Shown piece after piece: positions 50,148 through 59,756 of a stretch of DNA of 64,000 nt. The notes under the pieces were generated by a model. It was not told the DNA's origin. It worked only from the letters and a program-made list of their open reading frames with translations, and ran no database searches. How positions within the stretch are numbered: position 1 is the stretch's first letter; every line of letters begins with the position of its first letter. Made by a program: the position numbers and the translations under genes. The DNA is from Opitutia bacterium. Its GTDB lineage: Bacteria; Verrucomicrobiota; Verrucomicrobiia; Opitutales; Opitutaceae. The stretch covers positions 1 to 64,000 of the forward strand of contig CANJVR010000009.1 in the NCBI GenBank assembly GCA_947478395.1. Reading direction: 5' to 3'.

Positions 50148-51125
50148 ATGATCGAAGTTTCGCACCTCACCCGCGTTTTCCGCACGTATAAGAAGCAGCC
50201 CGGCTTTTGGGGCGGCGTGCGCGGACTCTTCAAACGCGAATTCGAGGAAACTGCCGCCGCGAAAGATATCTCCTTCACGATCGCCGAGGGCGAATTCGTG
50301 GGTTTTCTCGGGCCGAACGGCGCGGGCAAAACCACCACGCTCAAGATGCTCGCCGGGCTGATCTATCCGACCAGCGGCACCGCGCGTGTCGCCGGTTTCG
50401 ATCCAACCAAACGCGAAAACGCCTATCGCCGTCTCTTCGCGCTGGTGCTCGGCCAGAAAAATCAGCTCTGGTGGGATCTGCCGGCCATCGAGTCTTTTCA
50501 ACTGCTCCGGGCGATCTACGGAATCCCGCCCGCGAATTTCAAAGCGACGCTCCACGAACTGGTCACCCTCCTCGATGTGGAGAAAAAACTCAACGTGATG
50601 GTCCGCGAGCTTTCGCTTGGCGAACGCATGAAGATGGAACTCATCGCGGCGCTGCTCCATCGCCCGCGCGTACTTTTTCTCGACGAACCCACGATCGGTC
50701 TGGATGTGATTTCGCAAAAAAACGTCCGCCAGTTTCTCCGCGAGTACAACCGCCGGCACAAGGTGACGATCCTGCTCACGAGCCACTACATGGCCGACAT
50801 CAAGGAACTCTGCGAACGCGTGATCGTGATTCACAAGGGCTCGAAAATCTACGACGGCGCCCTCGATCGGCTCGAGGCCGGCTCCGGCAGCCGCAAAAAA
50901 ATCATCACGTTTCTCCCGGGCGACGGTTCGTTTCCCGTTGGCTGGAAATCGTGCCACGGCGAGTCGAAGCGCGATGACACGACGGGGAAATTCACCGTGC
51001 GTGTGCCAGCCGAAAATCTGGTGGCCGTGTCGCAGGAAATTCTCAGCACCGGCCCGGTCGCCGATATTACGATCGAGGATATTCCGCTCGAAGACGTGAT
51101 CGCCGAACTGTTCGCGGCCCAGTGA
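50148..51125 (+). CDS. ABC transporter ATP-binding protein (ABC-2 type exporter)
   Basis: GPNGAGKT, LSLGERM, LFLDEPT, TSH. Confidence 0.92.
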   Translation: MIEVSHLTRVFRTYKKQPGFWGGVRGLFKREFEETAAAKDISFTIAEGEFVGFLGPNGAGKTTTLKMLAGLIYPTSGTARVAGFDPTKRENAYRRLFALVLGQKNQLWWDLPAIESFQLLRAIYGIPPANFKATLHELVTLLDVEKKLNVMVRELSLGERMKMELIAALLHRPRVLFLDEPTIGLDVISQKNVRQFLREYNRRHKVTILLTSHYMADIKELCERVIVIHKGSKIYDGALDRLEAGSGSRKKIITFLPGDGSFPVGWKSCHGESKRDDTTGKFTVRVPAENLVAVSQEILSTGPVADITIEDIPLEDVIAELFAAQ

Positions 51126-51196
51126 ATCGCGCGCCGCCGCCTGCCGGCGGCGGCCCCACCGGCGCAAGCAGGGGCGGATCGCGTGTTCGCCTCAGC

Positions 51197-52045
51197 TCAG
51201 ACCAAGCGGCGCCAAGTCTCGCCCACGAGATCACGCATGAGCCGTTCGCACGTGGTCGCACTGTGATCGACCGCGGCGCGTAGTTGCCCTGCGTCGAGGG
51301 TGGCCCGGACGCAAACGGCCTCGAGTTCACGCGCGCTTGCCACACGTTCGATGCGCCGTCCCTCGGGAAAACTCCGCTCGCTGCGGCGGAGTTTCAGCTC
51401 ATGCAGCAGACGAAAATTAGTCTCGGCGAGTTCGCGGTGCAGCATGCGCTGGGCGGCGCTCAATTCGCCCCGCGCAATCTTGCGTAGCGTCCACAACTGC
51501 TCGCATGCGAACGCGTGCGCCAGGCCCCGCGCCGCCTCGTCGCTCAAGCGGAGATCCGGCACCTCGGCAACGACCTTCCGGTAAAACGGATCCCACGCTT
51601 CGCTGCCGTGCAAAAATCTCCAACCCGGCCGGATCACGATCGCGAGATCCTGCAGGCCCCGGCGTACTTTGCCTTCCATCCGATGCCGGCCAAGTAAGAC
51701 CAGCCATTTCAAAAGCCGCATCATGCCCGCCGACAGGATGACAAAATCGGTTTCCACGCCCGTGAATATGGCGTTCACCTTCGGCACACCCCCGATCCGC
51801 GCCACGCGCGAAGCGTAGGCGCGAATTTCGAAGTTTTTCCCAATTTCCCGGGTCCAATCCGAGTTGGAAAATCGTCCGGCTGCGCTCGTGATGATTTGAA
51901 AATCCCAGTCCGATTCCGGATCGGCGCGCCAGATTTCGTCGGTGGCTTTTCTTTCGCGCGAACCGATCAACACGAGCGCTTTCACGGCCGGCGTGCGCTG
52001 GGCCCAGGCAGTCATGGCTTCGCCAAAATCGACCGGGATACTCAC
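51197..52045 (-). CDS. Pol-beta superfamily nucleotidyltransferase (aminoglycoside-6/lincosamide NTase-like)
   Basis: LIGSR...D..SDWD motif, third acidic strand (ETDF) and helical C-terminal domain; GTGA overlap with the upstream gene. Confidence 0.65.
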   Translation of the reverse strand: MSIPVDFGEAMTAWAQRTPAVKALVLIGSRERKATDEIWRADPESDWDFQIITSAAGRFSNSDWTREIGKNFEIRAYASRVARIGGVPKVNAIFTGVETDFVILSAGMMRLLKWLVLLGRHRMEGKVRRGLQDLAIVIRPGWRFLHGSEAWDPFYRKVVAEVPDLRLSDEAARGLAHAFACEQLWTLRKIARGELSAAQRMLHRELAETNFRLLHELKLRRSERSFPEGRRIERVASARELEAVCVRATLDAGQLRAAVDHSATTCERLMRDLVGETWRRLV

Positions 52046-53823
52046 AGGCTGCGCAGTGAAATTAAAATTTCCGTGCCGTTCATACCCGGACCGGCGTGAA
52101 TTTCGCCGTGATGCAGACGTAATACCTCCTTCGCCAAAAATACACCGATACGGCCTTGATTGGGGACCAAGCCGTCAGCCGGCTCCGGCAGGATGCCTTC
52201 GAGCTCAAGGTGCTTGCCCTTGATCGACAGCATGGCGGTCAATTCATCCCCCTTACCAGCGGACCGCACCTGCAACGTCAGCTCTCCTCCGTTCAGGGCG
52301 AATCGGTTTTCAAGGACGGTGGCGATCAGCGAGCGCAGGGAGAATTCGATCAATTCCCTAGTGACCGAAAGTGGCACCGGGTCAGGGCCGACTTCGACGC
52401 GGAACCCAAGCACGGCGCCGACCCCCTGCGCGAGTTCGCGCAGATCAACGACCGAAGGCTTGGCCTCGTAGAGCGACTGCATGAGGCGGATGTTACCGTT
52501 CAGTGCCTCAAGTTTTGCGACGTCGCCCCGCGCCGCTTCGAGCAGAGGCGGTGGAATATTGTTTCCCGCTCCGGCCTGCCGGAACGTCGTGAGCGAGACC
52601 AGCGCGTTAGCCAATTCATGATTGAGAGTAAGACCGAGTTCGCGGAGCAGGGTCCGGCGATCAGCCCGCTCACGTTGGGCCATATCTTGCCGCTCGAGAC
52701 TCGCTTCCTCCCAAAACGCCCAGACTCCACCGGTTTCGACAATCGGACCGGAGCTCGCGCGAAAGGGTTGGCCCGGCTTTGGCGTGACGCGGCAGACGCC
52801 TTGGGCAACGCGCACATCCCCAATGAGCGCGCGCACGACAAGCGGGACCTGCCGTGGTGGATTTTCGTCGGGGCCCAAAATGAGAGTCCCCGGCAGATAT
52901 TTCGCCCCGAGTGTCGCCTGCTCCGCCAGATGGTGGAGACGCGCATATTGCCCACACTTCATCAGAAAATAGCGCAAGAGCCGCGCGTAATGGACCAGAC
53001 GGGTGCGATCGAACTCGTCGTAGGGCTGGCCATCATCGCGGACGCCGAGCGCAATAAGTCCCTGCAAGCGGCCGTTCTCGTGCATGGGTGCAAGCAACCG
53101 GGCGCCCCACAGCGCGAGCCGGTTGCGAATGGCCAGTTCCGCCACGGGATCGGCCGGGCCTTCCCACGACGATCCATCGACCACGATCGGATGAGTTTCA
53201 AAGAAAACCACCAAGGGATCATCGAGCCGAAAAAATGAGGTGCCTCGATCGGCGCGGAACCCGTCGGGCTCACGCAGAAAAAAAACCGCGTGCGACGCCC
53301 GCAGTAAATGGCGCGAGGCCCGGCGAAATTCCGCGATCAGCCGGTCGCGCGTATCCATCGTTTCAACTGCGGCCTCCAGGAAATCCCAAAGCTCAGCGGC
53401 GTCCACCAAAGGCTGCACTCGCGCGGTCGGCCGCACCGGCTCAGCGCGGCGGATCCGATCCGCCATTAGCTCAAGCATCGATTGTTTTTCTGCGACTTCC
53501 TCGACCAACGGCAGTAATTCCCGCAAGCGCACGGCGCTCTCTTCGTAGGAGAGATAAATTTTGGCGCGCCCTGACAGTTTCGCCTGCTCGTATGGCAGGC
53601 TGCGGGGTTCACCGACAAAAATAGTAGCACAACGCGCAAGCGCGGGCGGCAGGTCTGCTTCCGCCGCCGCATCCAAAACCACAACGGCTGCAAACCCCGG
53701 AGAAGTGCCGCTGGACAGCGCGTGCGGAATCATCCTCAGCGCCGTTTTTCCCGGCGCGACCTGTCGTTCCCACGCATCCCCCAAAGCGGAGTCCGACGTC
53801 GCGAGAATGATTAAGGTCGGCAT
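52042..53823 (-). CDS. Pseudo-receiver-GAF-HisKA protein with degenerate HATPase (pseudokinase/phosphotransferase)
   Basis: GAF-like LLAPM.ENGRL.GLIALG.R.DG.PY; H-box LNHELANAL; no N-box NA and no DxGxG; residual GRIGVFLAK...HHGEI. Confidence 0.65.
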   Translation of the reverse strand: MPTLIILATSDSALGDAWERQVAPGKTALRMIPHALSSGTSPGFAAVVVLDAAAEADLPPALARCATIFVGEPRSLPYEQAKLSGRAKIYLSYEESAVRLRELLPLVEEVAEKQSMLELMADRIRRAEPVRPTARVQPLVDAAELWDFLEAAVETMDTRDRLIAEFRRASRHLLRASHAVFFLREPDGFRADRGTSFFRLDDPLVVFFETHPIVVDGSSWEGPADPVAELAIRNRLALWGARLLAPMHENGRLQGLIALGVRDDGQPYDEFDRTRLVHYARLLRYFLMKCGQYARLHHLAEQATLGAKYLPGTLILGPDENPPRQVPLVVRALIGDVRVAQGVCRVTPKPGQPFRASSGPIVETGGVWAFWEEASLERQDMAQRERADRRTLLRELGLTLNHELANALVSLTTFRQAGAGNNIPPPLLEAARGDVAKLEALNGNIRLMQSLYEAKPSVVDLRELAQGVGAVLGFRVEVGPDPVPLSVTRELIEFSLRSLIATVLENRFALNGGELTLQVRSAGKGDELTAMLSIKGKHLELEGILPEPADGLVPNQGRIGVFLAKEVLRLHHGEIHAGPGMNGTEILISLRSL

Positions 53824-55814
53824 GGAAAGGTGACACGAAACGTCGCGCCCTGACCAAAGATCGGCTGGTCGGCCACAATCGTAGCATTAACATTGGCCAG
53901 AATGTCCCTACATATCGCCAGTCCAAGGCCAAAACCAGACGACTTGCTCGACTGAAAAGTTTCGAAAAGCCGCGGCCAAATATCCGGCGCAATCCCGGGG
54001 CCGCTGTCCGAAATCACTAACTCAATATTGTTTCCGACGTTGCGGGAAACGATTTTAATCCAGCGGTCGCCGGGCTGCGTTTCAACGGCTTGGATCGCGT
54101 TCAAGCAGAGATTGAGCACCACCTGCTTGACCGCGGCAGGATCCGTATAGATGGCATCGGGGGCGGCCAATAAGTCGGAGCGCAATGCGACATTAAAGCC
54201 TGCTGCTTTCGCCGCAACGAGATCAAGGCTCTCGCGTAGCACCGCATGGAGCTCCATCAATTTTGGGGAGTAAACCCTGGGCGCCGCCACATCCAACAAT
54301 TGTTCCGTCAGCCGATCTATGCGTCTAACTTCATCGCTGATGACGCGGAAAAATTTATCGCGGAAAGCCTGATCCTGATAGTGCTGCGGCAACAGTTGAA
54401 CAAAGGTCTTGATCGCAACGAGTGGATTTCTGATTTCGTGCGCCAAGCTGGCGCCTAGCAGGCCCACGGTAGCAAGTTGAGCAGCGTGCTGCGCCTTGGC
54501 GGAGAGGCTGGCCCGCTCGAGCGCGTTTGCTATAATCGCGGCAAGTTCCAGGAGCTGCAGAACCTGCGGGTAGGTGAACGGGCGCCTTGACGCAGCTAAA
54601 CCGACGCCGACCAACGCATTTAGCGTCGGCCCATCACAGGCGACCAAAATACCCAAATTTTGATCAGAGAGAAATTTCGCAAGAGCGACACGGGCAGGAC
54701 TAGGCCGTTCGCGAGCCAGCCGCTCAGGTGTCGCCCAGCGGATCTCCTTCATGAGCTGCGATTCGCTGGAATCCGCGGAAATTTCAATACCACCGCCTTG
54801 ATAAAAACCTGCAGCGCCGGAAAGCACTATCGCATGCTCGCTTCGTCCCCAACCCTTCAGGATGGAGAGAAATACACCTACAAGCTCTTCCATCTGAGCC
54901 TCCTTGCCAGCGGCAGAAAAAGCTGCCCGCCGAGCATTAATCACCTGAGGATAAGCTTGAAATGCGCGGTTGAGCCAGGCGTTCAATAAACCAGCAAACC
55001 ACAGCGTGAGAGCTGTCGTCGCCAGAAATTCAAGAGGGGGAGGAAAAATTGGACCCAAGCTCACGTTCAGCACCCATGCAAAAGCACAGCTCAGCAATAC
55101 CAGAACACTCTTTTCCGCGCATACTATCACTACTTGCCGTGCATCGAAGATGCGATGGGTGTTGATACCGATTACAGTAAATGCATACAGCACCAAAACA
55201 ATGATCGGCTGGAGCTGAATGGCAATACGCGCGTTAAAAACTGCACCGACAGCCATGAGTACTAAAACAGTTACAGCTACCGCACTACCGCCCAGCAAAA
55301 GGATTTGAAGCTCCAATCTAGCAGCGCCAGCCCGCGCTCGCATTTTAACAATGGTATCACTACAAAGACCGGCATAAAGTAACACAAGCCCGCCCATATA
55401 TGCGTAGTAACCAAAGCCGTAAATTTTATCACCTGCAGTAGAATGGGCCGGAACAAACCAGCCAGTAAAGCTGACGATCGCTAACGCCAGCGAACATAAA
55501 ACCCAAATCCACCCCCTGCATACAATAACTTTAATCCCCGGTGAACACTCAATAACAGCTTCTTTCAAAAGCCAAAGATGCAACGGGATAAAAGCTCCCG
55601 CAGCGGAAGATATTCGCACCCAAATAAGACCATTACTGCCTAGAGTTGCAATATAAACACAAGTAATCCACGCACTAACATGCACAGATAATGTGAAAAA
55701 CCATCGGTTTATTGCACGACGCGGATTAGCCCAGAAAGCAGCACAGCCGACAAGGAGAACGGCCACGGCAGCCAGCACCGCGGCAAAAGAACTTATTTGC
55801 TCATGACCAGACAT
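53811..55814 (-). CDS. Membrane sensor histidine kinase A (HisKA_7TM-like + GAF-like + HisKA + HATPase)
   Basis: About 9 hydrophobic helices starting W.NPRR.INR.F; AHEIRNPL, NLCLNA, DSGPGI, GFGLGL. Confidence 0.9.
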   Translation of the reverse strand: MSGHEQISSFAAVLAAVAVLLVGCAAFWANPRRAINRWFFTLSVHVSAWITCVYIATLGSNGLIWVRISSAAGAFIPLHLWLLKEAVIECSPGIKVIVCRGWIWVLCSLALAIVSFTGWFVPAHSTAGDKIYGFGYYAYMGGLVLLYAGLCSDTIVKMRARAGAARLELQILLLGGSAVAVTVLVLMAVGAVFNARIAIQLQPIIVLVLYAFTVIGINTHRIFDARQVVIVCAEKSVLVLLSCAFAWVLNVSLGPIFPPPLEFLATTALTLWFAGLLNAWLNRAFQAYPQVINARRAAFSAAGKEAQMEELVGVFLSILKGWGRSEHAIVLSGAAGFYQGGGIEISADSSESQLMKEIRWATPERLARERPSPARVALAKFLSDQNLGILVACDGPTLNALVGVGLAASRRPFTYPQVLQLLELAAIIANALERASLSAKAQHAAQLATVGLLGASLAHEIRNPLVAIKTFVQLLPQHYQDQAFRDKFFRVISDEVRRIDRLTEQLLDVAAPRVYSPKLMELHAVLRESLDLVAAKAAGFNVALRSDLLAAPDAIYTDPAAVKQVVLNLCLNAIQAVETQPGDRWIKIVSRNVGNNIELVISDSGPGIAPDIWPRLFETFQSSKSSGFGLGLAICRDILANVNATIVADQPIFGQGATFRVTFPCRP

Positions 55815-56995
55815 GCGTTTGTTCCTGAAAGACCGTGGGCATTTACTAGAGTAATCTGAGCCTGAAGTTTCCTGAAGTTTGAGCTCAAATTAAGGGCGCA
55901 TAGTGGATCAGGAAATTTCCAATTAACCGTTGGCGGCAGCAATCCATGGCGCAATCCAAGCGCGGAGCATGCTATTTGAATCGCACCGGCAGCGCCGAGA
56001 GGATTGCCGATTGCGCCCTTGATTGAGAAAACAGGGGTTTCCTCCACTCGTTCTCCCAACAAACGTGTGATCGCGACTGCTTCGGAGGCGTCGACCAAGC
56101 GATGCCCAGGACCCCATGCATTTACGGAATCAACATCAGAGACCTTATACCCACCGTTTGCGACCGCGAAGCGCATTGCGTCCATCATCCCTTCTCCGGG
56201 CATCTCAATAGAGTCGGTCGCGAATGCGTATCCATCAATAAATGCATAACCAGGGCGCGGACTGGAATCCGGTTCTAACACTAAAACACACGCCCCCTCG
56301 CCGATTACTCCAGTAGTTCGCCACAGGTCAAATGGTCTGCATTGGCGTTCCGGCCAATCCGAATTACCGGGCGCCAACCCAGCCATCTTCATTTCCAGCA
56401 TGGGGTGAAAGTACAACGGAGACTCCGTTCCGCCACAAATGGCTATATCCGTTCGGCCCTGAGCAACCATGTCGGCGCCATGGCCGATTGCATCAAGTCC
56501 CGAGCAACATGCACTTTGATACGCCATCGTACGAGTGGTGCCGCCGACAAGCTCACTGATAGTCCCAGCAATCGAGCTAACTGACGCAGAAAAAACCGAA
56601 GTTGGAAAGCCAATCACGGGCCCTTTTTTAACTATCATCTCAACTGTTTTGTTGATAGTCCCAAAATCCATTAGTGACGCCCCAACCAAAATAACAGCAT
56701 TTGTATTTTTAAGATCTTTTAATCTAAACCCAGCGTCCTTAGCTGCGAGTATTGCCGCAGCCACGGCTAGTTGCGTATGACGAGGCATACGTTTGTCGTG
56801 AATATCGGACACATAGTCATCTAATTTGAATGACTTGATTTCTGCACCGACGAATTGGCCCGCTTCTTCATAGAAACGGGTAATCGATCCGACGCGGCTG
56901 ACAGGCTCTAAGATACCTTTCCAGAAATTTTCCCTTCCAATTCCTGCTGGGGTAACCGGCCCGATACCCGTGATCTTTACACGTCGTCGCTTCAT
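55793..56995 (-). CDS. Beta-ketoacyl synthase (FabF/KS-alpha fold) with non-canonical active site Cys-Trp-Asn
   Basis: RRVKITGIG, SACCSG (Cys kept), RPFD...GEGA; NAWGPGH replaces NAHGTST; KGAIGNPLGAAG replaces KSMTGHLLGAAG. Confidence 0.85.
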   Translation of the reverse strand: MKRRRVKITGIGPVTPAGIGRENFWKGILEPVSRVGSITRFYEEAGQFVGAEIKSFKLDDYVSDIHDKRMPRHTQLAVAAAILAAKDAGFRLKDLKNTNAVILVGASLMDFGTINKTVEMIVKKGPVIGFPTSVFSASVSSIAGTISELVGGTTRTMAYQSACCSGLDAIGHGADMVAQGRTDIAICGGTESPLYFHPMLEMKMAGLAPGNSDWPERQCRPFDLWRTTGVIGEGACVLVLEPDSSPRPGYAFIDGYAFATDSIEMPGEGMMDAMRFAVANGGYKVSDVDSVNAWGPGHRLVDASEAVAITRLLGERVEETPVFSIKGAIGNPLGAAGAIQIACSALGLRHGLLPPTVNWKFPDPLCALNLSSNFRKLQAQITLVNAHGLSGTNACLVMSK

Positions 56996-57032
56996 CTAGA
57001 GCGAGCGGGGGGTGGGCGCATAACTCACGATT

Positions 57033-58184
57033 TTAAGCGCCCGGCTCCCGGGCCACGGGGACCACGATCCGAATCGTCGTCCCTTTCCCGTGTGCGGACG
57101 TCAGCTCGAACGTTCCGCCATGCGCACCTATTAGGTGCCGGCAGATGCTCAACCCCAACCCGGTTCCACCGGGTTTGCTGCTAAAACCTCCGCGCAATGC
57201 CCGCCTTACACGATCCGCGTCCATGCCAGATCCGTTGTCCACGATCAGAACTTCAAAATTATTTTCCTGGCGGGAAAAAGTTACCGTTAGAGCTGTCGCG
57301 CCCGCTTCCAAAGCATTCTTAAACGTATTTTGGAAAATCCGCATCAGCTCGTATTTCGAGCCGCGCACAACGGCGTTGGGTAGGCCCTCGTTGCGTATGG
57401 CGGGATTCCCGAAAAACAAAACCTGCCTCACATCCTCGGCCACGCTCACCAAATCCACCGGCCCAAATTCTGCAAGTTTCCTAAAGGACGATCTCCAATT
57501 CTCCGAGAGATGATGACAGTACTCCGCCGCTTTTTCGACAATTTCCGCGTAGCCCGTGAGCTTGCTCGCGATCTCCACTTCGTGCGCCGCAATCCTCCGT
57601 GCCTCCTCGGCCAGCAACGTCGCATAGCCAATCACGACCGTCAGCGGATTGTTCAAATCGTGCACGAGTTCGACCGATGCCCGCGCCTGCCAGATCTGCG
57701 GCTCGTTCCGCTCAATTTCTGACTTTAGCGCCACGTTCATCGCTTGCGCGTCCATCGCCAATTTCTCGTGAAGACGACGCATCCGCGTGGCCTCGACCTG
57801 CTGGCGGACCGCGTCGCGTAGTTCGGCTACGTCCGGCGGCTTGCGCAGGTATTGATTGGCTCCCGCCAGCATCGCCTGCTGGGCCGTCAGCAAAGTACCG
57901 TATCCGGTCAGCATGATCACCGAGACCTGCGAATCGATCTTACGCAGTTCCTCCAATGCGCGGATCCCATCCATCTCTGGCATGCGAATATCCATCACCA
58001 CCGCGGCATAGGAACGCTGCTTCAGCTTGGCTAGCGCCTCGCTCGCCCGTTCCGCCGTATCAACCGCAAACTCCGTCGACAACGTGAACGCAATCGACTC
58101 ACGCGGACCGTATTCGTCGTCGACCACTATAACCAGAGGCCGATCTGCCGACACAGCGGGAGCGGTAGATTTTTGCATCAACAT
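57033..58184 (-). CDS. Cytoplasmic hybrid receiver-histidine kinase (REC-HisKA-HATPase)
   Basis: VVDDE, MDIRMP, LTG, RKP; VHDLNNPL, NTFKNA, DNGSGM, GTGLGL. Confidence 0.9.
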   Translation of the reverse strand: MLMQKSTAPAVSADRPLVIVVDDEYGPRESIAFTLSTEFAVDTAERASEALAKLKQRSYAAVVMDIRMPEMDGIRALEELRKIDSQVSVIMLTGYGTLLTAQQAMLAGANQYLRKPPDVAELRDAVRQQVEATRMRRLHEKLAMDAQAMNVALKSEIERNEPQIWQARASVELVHDLNNPLTVVIGYATLLAEEARRIAAHEVEIASKLTGYAEIVEKAAEYCHHLSENWRSSFRKLAEFGPVDLVSVAEDVRQVLFFGNPAIRNEGLPNAVVRGSKYELMRIFQNTFKNALEAGATALTVTFSRQENNFEVLIVDNGSGMDADRVRRALRGGFSSKPGGTGLGLSICRHLIGAHGGTFELTSAHGKGTTIRIVVPVAREPGA

Positions 58185-58326
58185 TCTAAAGAGGCGCCCA
58201 AAAGAAACACGCCGAGCGCGAGACGGAGTTGTACCATGGGTAACGCGGGTTTGCAGTCTGCGTCGCACTCTGTCAAGGAGTGCGTCCCTCCGGTCGCTAC
58301 GCTGCCACGTCTTCATCTCTCACTCC

Positions 58327-59616
58327 GTGAATCTCGCCCTCGTTGTTCTCCTCTCAGCCTCTTCATCCAGCCTGTTCATCTGGCTCGTATTGCGGACCTA
58401 CTACGCACCCCGCTTTGAACGCCTGCGAGCGGCGGAGGAGAAGAATACCGGCTTGATTACAGAGTTGTCATCGCTGCGAAGCGCGCGTGACGAAATCGCC
58501 CTTCAGCTAACACGCGCCCAGAGCTATCTCGAGACCGAGCGAAGTGCTCATGAGCGCTTGGTCAGCGAATTCAAAGCGCTTTCGGCGGACGCGCTTCGCG
58601 CCAATCGCGCCGATTTTCTCGAGCAAGCCACCCAAGCATTCGCCCATCTCCAAACCCAGTCTTTGGGCGACCTCGAAAAGCGACAGCAGTCCATCGATGC
58701 TCTCGTCAAGCCCCTGCGCGAATCCCTCGAAAAAGTTGACGGCAAAATCGCCGACATCGAGAAGGCGCGCGCCACCGCCTATGGTGCGCTCGGCGAACAA
58801 TTGAAGCATCTCGGCGCGGCTCAACTTCAACTCCAAGCGGAAGCCGGGAAACTTTCGACCGCGCTTCGCTCCACTTCGTTTGCTGGCAGTTGGGGCGAAC
58901 TCCAACTTCGCCGCGTCGTAGAGATGGCGGATATGCTTCCTTACTGTGATTTCACGGAGCAAGAAACCGCCGCGGCCGGCGGCTTCCGCGCCGATCTTGT
59001 GGTCCGACTCCCCGGCGGACAACGCATCGTGGTTGACGCCAAGGCCCCACTTGAGGCGTACCGCGCCGCGGTGGATGCGACCGACGCCGGACTTCGCGAA
59101 ACCCGGCTTGCCGAACATGCCCAGAAAGTGCGTGGCCATATCGACGCGCTCGGCGCCAAGAATTACTGGGAGCAGTTCCAACCTGCTCCGGAATTCGTCG
59201 TTCTCTTCTTACCCGGCGATCACTTTCTCACGGCCGCGCTCTCCGCCGATTCGACATTGATGGACCGAGCCCTCAGCCGCCGCGTCTTACTCGCAACACC
59301 CACCACTTTAATCGCCCTCCTTAAAGCAGCTCACTATGGTTGGCGCCAGGAAGCGGTCTCAAAGAATGCCGACGAAATCAGCGCCCTGGGCCGGCAGCTG
59401 TATGATCGCGTGGTAGGATTCGCGGAAAACCTCGAAAAAGTCGGGCGCGGCCTCGACGGCGCGGTTAAAGGTTTCAATCAAGCCGTCGGCTCTTTCGAAG
59501 GCACCCTACTACCCGGCGCTCGGAAATTTGCTGAACTCGGAGCAAAGGGCACAAAAGACCTTATGACACCAAGCGGACTCGAAATCACGCCGAGAGAAAT
59601 CAATAAACGCAGCTAA
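58327..59616 (+). CDS. rmuC: DNA recombination protein RmuC
   Basis: N-terminal TM and coiled coil; GSWGELQL, D.VVRLPG...IVVDAK.P, PEFVVLFLP, TPTTLIALL. Confidence 0.92.
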   Translation: MNLALVVLLSASSSSLFIWLVLRTYYAPRFERLRAAEEKNTGLITELSSLRSARDEIALQLTRAQSYLETERSAHERLVSEFKALSADALRANRADFLEQATQAFAHLQTQSLGDLEKRQQSIDALVKPLRESLEKVDGKIADIEKARATAYGALGEQLKHLGAAQLQLQAEAGKLSTALRSTSFAGSWGELQLRRVVEMADMLPYCDFTEQETAAAGGFRADLVVRLPGGQRIVVDAKAPLEAYRAAVDATDAGLRETRLAEHAQKVRGHIDALGAKNYWEQFQPAPEFVVLFLPGDHFLTAALSADSTLMDRALSRRVLLATPTTLIALLKAAHYGWRQEAVSKNADEISALGRQLYDRVVGFAENLEKVGRGLDGAVKGFNQAVGSFEGTLLPGARKFAELGAKGTKDLMTPSGLEITPREINKRS

Positions 59617-59756
59617 CCCATCAACTGCTCCGTCCTTTTTTTACCTGCGTTTCTCTGCGTTCACCAAACCACGAAACATTTCGAACAGGATTTCGCGCAA
59701 CGCAGGCCGCGAAAACCGCCGCTACAAACTCTTTAGAAATCGCGCCCGATCGAATG

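Noticed and set aside
55793..56995. Housekeeping fabF or a type II PKS cluster
   Set aside because: Both catalytic His residues are replaced, and no acpP, fabG, CLF or cyclase gene is adjacent.
58027..58326. N-terminal extensions of rmuC and the REC-HK given in the ORF track
   Set aside because: They would overlap head-to-head; starts at 58327 and 58184 leave a plausible divergent promoter.
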